Below, one piece after another: positions 1 to 8,547 of a DNA stretch of 64,000 nt (position 1 is its first letter; every line of letters begins with the position of its first letter). A program made the position numbers and the translations under genes. Source of the stretch: Gammaproteobacteria bacterium (GTDB lineage: Bacteria; Pseudomonadota; Gammaproteobacteria; GCA-001735895); assembly GCA_050292965.1 (NCBI GenBank), contig JBNKMF010000008.1:7337-71336 (forward strand), written 5' to 3'. Below the pieces are notes generated by a model. The model was not told the origin of the DNA. It saw only the letters and a program-made list of their open reading frames with translations, and made no database searches.

Positions 1-352
1 CCACGCATGGCTACTCCCTTTGTTAAGAGTTTTTCTGTAATGGGTCGTGTCTAATTCGACTTATCAGCGCAGTAGAGGGTAGCCAATACAATCTACTGCG
101 CCAGTTCTAAATAAAGCTGAGAAGCTTTTCAGTTGCCGCAACAAATCTAATCAGATAAATTGATCAGAGTACTTTAATCTATTTGTCCGACGTAATTGCG
201 TCTGGATTTCCAGATCAGTCTACCTACTGGTCCAGTTCTGCTTGTACTTATACCCTTATTGTAAAAAGTTTTGTACCGGATATCTTTTTGTTATTCATAG
301 TCAGAAAGTAATTAGTCGTTGTCCCAAAGTTGAAGTAGATCTTCACTTTTTA

Positions 353-625
353 TTAGCTACCCAGCTTTTCTTTGCGCTGCTGAGTAAATTCCCACCATTT
401 CTTCGCCGGACCACCTTGCATATAATTAACTGCTGAAATAAATACATCTATTACGCAGGGATCATGCCTTTTTTGTGTAATATGACAAAGCGTTTCATAC
501 ATTTGATAAGGATCCTTGCCTACTAAATCCAGCGGTTGTTTCAAGCCTATAACGATAAAGTCCTTTTCAATCGCCTTACCGACATTAGGTATATCCTGGA
601 AACTCTTGATTTCATTCCTTATCAT
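353..625 (-). CDS. small helix-hairpin-helix domain protein (Cdd1 / 'pathogenicity locus'-type HhH family)
   Basis: 90-aa ORF. The N-terminal 'FQDIPNVGKAIEKDFIVIGL' resembles an HhH motif. Family recognised by eye only. Confidence 0.5.
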   Translation of the reverse strand: MIRNEIKSFQDIPNVGKAIEKDFIVIGLKQPLDLVGKDPYQMYETLCHITQKRHDPCVIDVFISAVNYMQGGPAKKWWEFTQQRKEKLGS

Positions 626-800
626 TTTATTAACTAGTGTTCGACCAGAACCTGTTTATTTAACGCTTTATTATACATGTTAACCAAATAGTAAATCTCC
701 ACTGAACTGTCCAAATTTTGTCTTTTCACAACACTCTGCGGTTTTGTTATAAGCCTTCTACCAATTTCTGAAAAACTGTTTGATGATTTACCAACTATTT

Positions 801-989
801 TTACTCATCATCTCTGCTTACCAATAGTGAAATCAAGCCTTCAACATCAACAGAAACATTAAAATTTATAGGTTGGCAACAGACCCAGCAGTCTTCTATA
901 TAGCTTTGATTATCAACTGAGTCATCAATAAAGACGGTTATATTTTCACCACAGTAAGGGCAGGTAATTTCTCTTTCTGGTAGTGCCAT
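801..989 (-). CDS. CPXCG-motif cysteine-rich (zinc-ribbon-like) small protein
   Basis: 62-aa ORF with 'CPYCG' near the N-terminus and a second Cys pair 'CWVCC', typical of the CPXCG family. Confidence 0.6.
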   Translation of the reverse strand: MALPEREITCPYCGENITVFIDDSVDNQSYIEDCWVCCQPINFNVSVDVEGLISLLVSRDDE

Positions 990-1023
990 TATTTATAAAT
1001 CCATCTGCAGAGCTTGAGCAGCT

Positions 1024-1365
1024 TCATTTCCACTCTACAATCTCACCATTTTCCACAACCATTCCAGACTCCAGAATATGCGTCATTACATGAACAGTAT
1101 TGATGTCGACATTAAAGTATCTGGTAAGCGCATACGCTAAACCTGTTTGTAATAAATTAATATCCTGTTTTGACCAAATTGATGGCAAGTATAAAATAGC
1201 CATGATGTTATAGGCACTGCCACGCTGCTCTAAACACTGGCTGATATTGATCGTCATATGTTCAGATGAAATGCCTGATTCGGCTGTCCACAATTCAATT
1301 AAACTTTCGGTACTACTAACTTTTTGATAACAAGCTTTTTGAACTAAACAATTGGCTATAGGCAT
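1024..1365 (-). CDS. hypothetical protein, possibly tautomerase-superfamily (MIF/4-OT-like, N-terminal Met-Pro)
   Basis: The ORF track starts at a TTG (1398). An internal ATG at 1365 gives 'MPIANC...' with a GGGAA about 7 nt upstream. The Met-Pro N-terminus and roughly 113-aa size suggest a tautomerase fold. Weak call. Confidence 0.3.
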   Translation of the reverse strand: MPIANCLVQKACYQKVSSTESLIELWTAESGISSEHMTINISQCLEQRGSAYNIMAILYLPSIWSKQDINLLQTGLAYALTRYFNVDINTVHVMTHILESGMVVENGEIVEWK

Positions 1366-1667
1366 TTTGTATTCCCATGCAAATGGTATGTTTTTCAATA
1401 TTGCGACAGCGCCTTTTACCTTACTCTCGTATTAATACTCAGACAATGCCAACTTGACATTTAATATTGCAAAACTAAGTACAAATGTGTGCTGAGTATA
1501 TTTCGCTATTTTTGCCTCCTCAGAAAAATATATGGGTAGAATTTTTCATTTCGAAGTGCAAGTTATTGAAATAGATAGACATTCAGATAGTAGTAGTTGA
1601 TTATTTCAATGCTCACTTTTGAATAATCAAAACCAATTTATGAGTTGGCAACTCACAGAACAAATAA

Positions 1668-1905
1668 TTTCACACACTAAATGCTTTCCTTGCTCCTTAG
1701 CTTCTTCCTTTAAAGTGTGCGAGTTACTTTTTTCTACAGCAAAAAAAGTAACCAAAAAATGCCGCCCCTCAAACCTTTCACCGACAAAATGGCATCCAGA
1801 GCGCGGTCGGCTCAGAAGCGGGTCCAACCGCGCTGAGCCTCAAATGACATCCCTGTCATTTGACCCCGCTCTGAATACCATTTTGCCGCAGACTTGAAAG
1901 GGGAT
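1668..1905. repeat. truncated copy of the structured intergenic repeat seen in full at 14670-15069
   Basis: 'tttcacacac..ctttccttgctccttagcttcttcc..gtgcgag..tttttt' parallels the left arm at 14672-14736. The core 'catttgaccccgctctgaataccattttgcc' matches 14878-14909 at about 28/32 by eye. The right arm is missing. Confidence 0.6.
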
Positions 1906-2857
1906 GTATATCTGCTAACGATCCTGAGACACGGGATATTGAGAAAGCAATTTACCCACTAATTTTTCTAAAGACCCCTATTTTTTAGTCAGTTAACTAT
2001 TAAGTGACTGGCACTATTTTCGAGTACCTCATTAACAATGTAAACAACCAATGTTATCAGCATAAAGATTCCATCTGGTACCAGCATATTGATCACCAGG
2101 GTTTTTGCATTTGAGGGCATAAATTGTGCTAGAAATACGACGAATCGTCTGTTAGCTTTGGTTTTATGGTATTGATTACAATACACTTTCAGACTTACCG
2201 ATTAGGTAATTCTTCATCACTAGATATGTATTAACTACGACTAAGAGAAGTTGATATTTATCAAATAAAGAAAGTCAGGTTTGTGCTTTCAAACGGTAAA
2301 CGAATAATTTTTGTTGACTCTGGAAGCAAAGATTTCCGAGTAAGGGACAATGACGGTCATCTTTTGATTTTCGCAAGTGCTTTGGTAAACCAACCTCCGA
2401 CATCTCCCGCGAAGCCGTACACGTAGAAGCGTCCCTTCTAGACGAAATGGGAGAGCTCAAAGTAAGCGCTACGGTCGTCGATGCAACAGAGAATAAAGTC
2501 TTTCACGCCCAGATCAACATGTGGTTCAGCTTCAGAAAGTAGCAGAGTGAAATAACAAATTCACTTTTAAGGCCTGCCTGGCATGACAAGTTGTAAATGG
2601 TAAAATATTTGTGCAAATAATTGCTGGAGTTTTTTTGAAATTAATGCCGATAAAAAGATAAATCATGCGATATTGGATGTAAATTTTTTATATTTAGATC
2701 ACTATGAGTAAGCCTTTTTATACTTCCTCGCCAGCCGGATTGATTGTTTCCAGCGATGAAAACCCCTAACTTTCAGAATAGCTCAAAAGCTGTAACAGGG
2801 AAAACCTGCTGTTGGCCGATTGCTTATGCAGCTACTTTCGCTTAATTTACTCGTTGC

Positions 2858-2899
2858 TGAATCCGTAGCTTCATGTCGGTCCCTGAAACTACGGATTCA
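2858..2899. repeat. REP-like hairpin (11-bp perfect inverted repeat tgaatccgtag / ctacggattca), just 3' of the protease gene
   Basis: Arms at 2858-2868 and 2889-2899. The 18-mer cctgaaactacggattca (2882-2899) recurs exactly at 30058-30075. Related to the TIRs of the element at 31271-31560. Confidence 0.7.
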
Positions 2900-2908
2900 C
2901 ATTTCTTA

Positions 2909-5900
2909 TTAATTACAAGTTAATCTCTTTTTTAAAGGTACTAGACCCAATACCATCACCAACAGCAAGTACATCGAACCACCACTTCCACTTCTTTCAC
3001 CACCTGATGCACTCCACCGAGATGAACCCATTGGGAACGGATCCTCATTGTCAATAATTCCATCCCCATCAGAATCTCTTGCAAGTGGGTTTGTACCTAA
3101 AGCCACCTCCTGGGCATTATTTAAACCATCGTTATCGCTATCAACCTTTGGAGCGATGAAGTAAAAATTGTCAATTGAAACTCTATCAACACCAGAGCTC
3201 GCTGCTGCGTTTTTACTATATACCAGGCTAACAGTATGTTCTCCTTTAGTTAATTCAAGACTGACTTCCTGGCTCACTTCACCTGAAATTTCGGTCTGCG
3301 TTTCACCATCAAGCATGATGATCAACCGATCTTTATCTTGTTCAGAGTTGACGTTAGCTGTAAAGCTTAATATTCCTTCCTCGAACACGTTCACATAGTT
3401 GATTTTAGCAATCTTATTATTAGAAATAGGCTCAGCCATCAATTGCATTTCACCCGCTTTATTCGCCTCAATAACCCAGGTTTCTTTTGTATCACTCATC
3501 CAGTTGTTGCTAAGTACACGACTAAAGTCCTCAGTAAAATAACCTACCGCTGGATGACTTAATGCATCATTAAGGTCGGTCCCATATTTTGCTTCAGTGC
3601 TATTATCAATTCCATCCCTGTCTAAATCGAGCGCACCGTCAGTTTCGTCAACCGGATTAAGACCCAGATTAATTTCGACGCCGTCTGTAATAATGTCACC
3701 ATCAGTATCGGCATTGTCTGGTTCAGTAAGACCACTTTTCACTTCTTCCCAGTCGGAGATAGTATCACCGTCACTATCCGCTAGAGTTGGGTTTGTATGA
3801 TAAGTAAATTCTTCAAGATTAGAGAGTCCATCTTCATCAGTGTCAAGTGTTGCGTCAGTAGGATCATTTATATCAAGACCATAGGCTTTTTCCCAGGCAT
3901 CATGCAAACCATCACTATCAGAATCAATAAATAGAACGGAGTAATTCACATTATCAACCCAGACTGCATCGTCACCTGAACTTATTGAACCATCCTTTAT
4001 ATAATAGAAAACAATATTGTGATGACCAGCTTTCAAAGGAATAGTAACAGGGCGCCAGTCATTTTCACCAGATAGGGAATATACTAAGTGAGAATCTACG
4101 TATACACTAAAATAATCGCAACATGATTCAGTTGATGTTTTTAGATTAAATGTCAGATCACCTTCTTCAGAGACTATGTCCCAGGAAATAGCTGCCTTTT
4201 CATTGTCACCTATATCTTTCGAGCCTAAGCTATAGTAGCCTTCATAAGCCTGAACATTAGTAAGTGAAAAATTAACATTTGCGTCCGAGGGCTTTTCTGA
4301 GCCAGGCAGTGTTTCGCCATCTTCAAAATCGAATTTGGCTCTACTAATTGTTGAAATCTTGAAGCTATCTGCATTGTTTGGATCAGTCTGATCTTTGAAT
4401 TCTACTAAATTAGAATACCCATCTTCGTCCGCATCAAGGGCCGCATCTGAATCATCACGGGGATTGAAGGTATTTGCGATTTCCCAACCGTCAGACATAC
4501 CATCGCCGTCCGAGTCATCGCTGTTTACTCCAGTCCCTAATACATTGTATTCATCACCATCACCCAGCCCATCATCATCGGAATCTCGATCCTTGGGATC
4601 AAAACCATTACTGATTTCTACTAGATTTGACAGGCCATCTGAGTCAAAATCCTGTCTCATATCATCAGGATTATTCAGGTCAAAGCCGAGTAGAAGTTCT
4701 GATATATCTGATACGCCGTCAGCGTCTTGATCAATTGCGTTTCCGTCGGGCTCCACGCCAACTATAGAGAAAGCTTGATAAACATCAAGCCAGGGGTAAC
4801 CCAAATCAAAAGCGGCCATTATTACGCCATTAGCACCATCTTTAAATGATGAATCAGGTATCCAGTAGGCTTGATTCGCCAATACAAACACATCGAACGC
4901 CTTATGTGGATTCCACCCTTCTTTATTGGATAGCAAATAATACGCTCGATTAAACACGCCACTACTTAAGTGGACATCCATGTTTTCATTATAATCCGAA
5001 GCGTGGCCAATTGACTCGCCATCCAGGGTTGGATCCTCAAAATAGCGAAGAGCCTCACCACTCTTAACTATATCAGCACCCACTAACCAATCTACAGCAC
5101 CTTTCCAGAAATATTCACCAGCTTCACCTGCGATGTCAGAAAATGCCTCATTGATGCCGCCAGATTGACCATTGTAAATTAAATTGGAGTTAAACTCTGT
5201 GAAACCGTGACTCACTTCATGGACTATTACATTAACATCCACCAGGGGATAGAAAATACTATAACCATCACCAAATACCATGCTACTGCCATTCCAGTAC
5301 GCATTTTCTATATCCATTCCATAGTGAACTTTAAGTGACAATGGGAAGGGTAATGGCGTTGTTTCATACCACTGTCCATACATGTCAAAAGTTAAGTTTC
5401 CGAAAAAATAGGCGTCATTAATTGGCGAATAAGCACCGTTGATTGCTTTGTATGTATTTTCCGGACAAGTAAATGAATACGCCGAATTATTATCGTACCA
5501 GTTATAACTATGGTTTAAATCGACAACTTTAACATTTGTGTTTTCAAAAATGCACTTACCATCGCCACCAACCGTCACATCCAAAGCCGGAAATTCAGTG
5601 CCATAGTAATAACGGCCAGTCTTTGCGTTACCACCTGGTCCTGTCGCCTTAAAGTGCATTAACACGTCCCAGTTTTTATAGACTCGACCATTATTAGCAT
5701 CAATGATAAACATATGCCTGACAATTCCACCAGCCTTTTTATTCGCCATTATTTCAATATGGTAAGCTAAATGAGCTTCGCCAACTTCTTCATCCTGATA
5801 AATGATTAAATCGGCTTTTTCTTTTATGTATTTTGTCAATTCGCCAAGTTTCATGGCAGCAATATTTCGGGCAATGGAAAGGATTGCAGCCACATCATTT

Positions 5901-6271
5901 TTCGGATTTATATTACTTCCAAGATCTGATTCAATTTTTGAAAGTGCTTGACCACTGATACGAAGATCTAACGAAGCTGTGGAGGAATGCGTAATAACAT
6001 GCTGGCCCCAGACAGGAATATCTTTAAACATTTGTTGATAACGAATGTGATTGTTTCCTTTCACATCCTTTATTACAGACTTTTGTGAGAATTTGTAATC
6101 CCTGCCAAATTTAAGATATTGCGCTAACCCCATACCTCTTTGTGATAAACCTGTAAACTGAGTTGCAATCTTAGTTGGTCTGGATGAAAATTTTATATTT
6201 TCTGCTGCTTGCAATTCTACACTGACAGTTAAGGCCGATCCAATTGCAAGCCATGTGACTATCTTTTTCAT
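2909..6271 (-). CDS. secreted M4 (thermolysin/vibriolysin-family) zinc metalloprotease with long TSP3-repeat C-terminal extension and GlyGly-CTERM-like tail
   Basis: 'HEVSH' (nt 5207-5221) plus downstream 'GGINEAFSDIAGE' form the M4 zinc site. The start is taken at ATG 6271 (MKKIVTWLAIGSALTVSVELQAAEN signal peptide, AAGGGA upstream) rather than the ORF-track start at 6307. Propeptide-like region 'NHIRYQQMFKDIPVWGQHV'. Confidence 0.9.
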   Translation of the reverse strand: MKKIVTWLAIGSALTVSVELQAAENIKFSSRPTKIATQFTGLSQRGMGLAQYLKFGRDYKFSQKSVIKDVKGNNHIRYQQMFKDIPVWGQHVITHSSTASLDLRISGQALSKIESDLGSNINPKNDVAAILSIARNIAAMKLGELTKYIKEKADLIIYQDEEVGEAHLAYHIEIMANKKAGGIVRHMFIIDANNGRVYKNWDVLMHFKATGPGGNAKTGRYYYGTEFPALDVTVGGDGKCIFENTNVKVVDLNHSYNWYDNNSAYSFTCPENTYKAINGAYSPINDAYFFGNLTFDMYGQWYETTPLPFPLSLKVHYGMDIENAYWNGSSMVFGDGYSIFYPLVDVNVIVHEVSHGFTEFNSNLIYNGQSGGINEAFSDIAGEAGEYFWKGAVDWLVGADIVKSGEALRYFEDPTLDGESIGHASDYNENMDVHLSSGVFNRAYYLLSNKEGWNPHKAFDVFVLANQAYWIPDSSFKDGANGVIMAAFDLGYPWLDVYQAFSIVGVEPDGNAIDQDADGVSDISELLLGFDLNNPDDMRQDFDSDGLSNLVEISNGFDPKDRDSDDDGLGDGDEYNVLGTGVNSDDSDGDGMSDGWEIANTFNPRDDSDAALDADEDGYSNLVEFKDQTDPNNADSFKISTISRAKFDFEDGETLPGSEKPSDANVNFSLTNVQAYEGYYSLGSKDIGDNEKAAISWDIVSEEGDLTFNLKTSTESCCDYFSVYVDSHLVYSLSGENDWRPVTIPLKAGHHNIVFYYIKDGSISSGDDAVWVDNVNYSVLFIDSDSDGLHDAWEKAYGLDINDPTDATLDTDEDGLSNLEEFTYHTNPTLADSDGDTISDWEEVKSGLTEPDNADTDGDIITDGVEINLGLNPVDETDGALDLDRDGIDNSTEAKYGTDLNDALSHPAVGYFTEDFSRVLSNNWMSDTKETWVIEANKAGEMQLMAEPISNNKIAKINYVNVFEEGILSFTANVNSEQDKDRLIIMLDGETQTEISGEVSQEVSLELTKGEHTVSLVYSKNAAASSGVDRVSIDNFYFIAPKVDSDNDGLNNAQEVALGTNPLARDSDGDGIIDNEDPFPMGSSRWSASGGERSGSGGSMYLLLVMVLGLVPLKKRLTCN

Positions 6272-7296
6272 AATATTTCCCTTAAAAACATCAAAATATA
6301 TTGCCAATACAGGGATAAACCCTTGTCATCTCGGCACCTGAAATATCTATCGCATGGTTGCTTTAGAAATTGAAATTATTTATTTCTTATGAATTAAATT
6401 TAAATTTCACAACAAGAAACGCCTTCATAATGACCAGTAATTTTTCATTGCTATAAAATAAAAGCGGTGCTGTAAACATGAACCAGCAACTCATTTATAC
6501 CCGAGATTTTTCTTCTTTTTCATGTGATGCTCCCTTCGTACAATCTCTCAAATATGCTACAGGCGAATTTATCGACGAGGTATCAACTTACAATGTAAGA
6601 TAGAAAAAGACGGTTTCTAAATGAAATCATTCTGCGAAATATAATATTCACAGTTCAAATTTAGTTGATATGCAACGGTCTTACAATTAGCTAAACAGCG
6701 TAGAAAAGAAAACTATATAAGCTATTTAGCGTACGACACTCATAGTCATCTCTACCATAAATGAAAAACTATACAGACTCTTTGGGTGTATTTTTTGTGG
6801 ATGAATATGAGAAGTGAGTTAGATACGGAAAGAAAATTATTAAAAGACTATCAGGATAATAATCTACAACAAATTTATATTTTTCCCCTCTACTATAAAT
6901 ATTTTCAGAAAGCACAATCTAGACGAGATCAATTTTTTAACTCTGCTGAACTGGACACCATAAAGAAAAAAGTTTTATGGGCATAACCCAGTATTCAACT
7001 CTGGCAATTTCAAAGGAATAATATTGCTGTGATTTATTCTTATCTTTTGATAAGTAATTTTTAGAGAAACTTCGGGATAATTAAATTCTTCGCCTAAGAT
7101 CTATCAGGCTCAAAAGAAAGTACTTATTATGATCCCTATGTCCTGGCAGTATGCGTGATAGACAACCTGCTTTCAAAGATTGTTATCCTGAATACTGGAA
7201 ATACATGGATATATTAGGACCAATATAACCCCTCAATAAATGCGCTAATTCTGGGCGCAATTTGCTGGGGATTTATTACCAAATAAATACCATTTG

Positions 7297-8438
7297 TTAT
7301 ACTTCAACCTTAACGGCTGCCGCAGCCTTTAACGCTTTCTGTTTTGCATTTTCAATATCCGTACCTCGAGCCAGTGCAACACCCATACGACGTTTTCCTT
7401 TTACTTCAGGTTTGCCAAACAGGCGTATCTGGATCTTCCAGTGCGCTCTCGAGATTACTAAAACGCACAGTATTAGAATCACCCTGCACCAGTATAACCG
7501 CTGATACCGAAGGACCGTGTTGCATAATGTTTGGGATAGGCAGACCTAAAATTGCACGCGTATGCAGTGCAAACTGTGAAAAATCCTGAGAGATCATGGT
7601 TACCATGCCGGTATCATGCGGGCGTGGCGATACTTCACTAAAATACACCTCATCCCCTTTGATAAAAAGCTCGACGACAAAAATACCCCGACCACCCAAT
7701 GCACCCGTCACCTTTTCAGCGATCTCTTTGGCACGCGTGAGCGCGACATCACTCATGGCCTGTGGCTGCCACGATTCCTGAAAATCGCCATCTTCCTGTC
7801 TATGACCTATCTGCAAACAAAAGCTAGTACCGTTGATATGACGAATGGTTAACAGGGTAATTTCATTATCAAAATCGACAAAGCCTTCAACAATGACTCG
7901 TCCTGCTACGGTACGACCACCTTCCTGTGCATACACCCAACTCGTCTCGATATCAGCCTCAGTTTTAATGGTGCTCTGACCTTTACCGGAAGAGCTCATG
8001 TTCGGTTTCACCACGCAGGGTATACCAATCTCCTTAACTGCCTGAATAAAATCCTGTTTGTTATCCACAAACTGATAACTGGAAGTAGAAATCCTCAGCT
8101 CTTCAGTAGCCAGACGACGAATTCATTCGCGATTCATGGTCAGGCGCGCGGCATTCGCGGTTGGTATCACCTTAAAGCCTTAGGACTCCAGCGCCACTAG
8201 TGTCTCAGTTGAAATATCTTCTATTTCCGGCACGATATAGTCAGGCTTCTCCAGCTCAATCACGCTCCGCAGTCTCAGCCCCATCAAGCATGGAAAAACT
8301 GTATGAGCGATCAGCTACCTGCATAGCAGGTGCATTTTCATAGCGATCACAGGCAATCACTTCACAGCCATAACGCTGTAACTCAATAATCACCTCCTTA
8401 TCAATGAGTTGAAGCCCTGAGTGCCTCTGATATAACAA
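7297..8438 (-). pseudogene. purT: purT (formate-dependent GAR transformylase) pseudogene with at least 2 in-frame stops and at least 2 frameshifts
   Basis: Three ORF fragments in different frames are collinear with PurT: N-terminal '[28 protein letters not shown]', middle '[15 protein letters not shown]...[15 protein letters not shown]...[14 protein letters not shown]', and C-terminal '[22 protein letters not shown]'. In-frame TAA at 8180-8182 and TGA at 8123-8125. Frame changes near 8265-8285 and near 7450. Confidence 0.85.
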
Positions 8439-8547
8439 ACATCTATCACCATCTTCTTATCTCTGCTTGTTAGTAAAATTTATTCTTCATACCCTCACCT
8501 ACGTGTTAATGTATCGGACTCTTTTTTCACCGCAACATTATCCTTAT

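Noticed and set aside
1-60. Possible start of a minus-strand gene running off the left edge. The reverse complement reads AAGGGAG-tagcc-ATGCGTGG, with the ATG at 8-6.
   Set aside because: Only eight coding nucleotides are inside the window, so it cannot be evaluated.
1619-1897. 92-aa plus-strand and 66-aa minus-strand ORFs (1619-1897, 1627-1827).
   Set aside because: Both lie inside the truncated structured repeat. They are mutually antisense, have no ribosome-binding site and belong to no family. The conserved part between repeat copies is conserved at the nucleotide level with palindromes, not as a reading frame.
1989-2186. 65-aa minus-strand ORF with a GTG start and one hydrophobic segment.
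   Set aside because: No ribosome-binding site, no recognisable family, and an isolated position in an AT-rich spacer. The evidence is insufficient.
2275-2560. Possible gene remnant. The minus-strand frame reads '…EAEPHVDLGVKDFILCCIDDRSAYFELSHFV*KGRFYVYGFAGDVGGWFTKALAKIKR*' with an internal TAG. The track ORF 2275-2460 is in another frame.
   Set aside because: It has no start codon and only about 70 codons, and I cannot assign it to any family. A faint 'C.D.R' resemblance to beta-carbonic anhydrases is not enough. It may be debris of a lost gene but cannot be supported as a feature.
3168-4730. Several plus-strand ORFs (3168-3398, 3597-3800, 4395-4730) with Ser/Pro-rich translations, antisense to the M4 protease gene.
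   Set aside because: They are shadow ORFs. The reverse complement of the Asp/Gly/Asn-rich TSP3 repeat codons (GAT/GAC/GGT) reads as Ser/Pro/Ile-rich sequence without stops. The minus-strand protease frame is unambiguous.
6786-6986. 66-aa plus-strand ORF in the long AT-rich spacer upstream of the protease.
   Set aside because: The GTG start has no Shine-Dalgarno sequence. The composition is typical of AT-rich non-coding DNA (Lys/Asn/Tyr/Phe-rich). No family recognised.
7262-7852. Plus-strand ORFs 7262-7504, 7344-7589, 7596-7781 and 7616-7852.
   Set aside because: They are antisense to the clearly PurT-homologous frames and resemble no family.
8467-8547. Upstream extension of the MFS transporter ORF (TTG/ATG start at 8467).
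   Set aside because: The extension adds a non-conserved 27 aa and overlaps the head of the purT relic. The family-typical N-terminus begins at ATG 8548.
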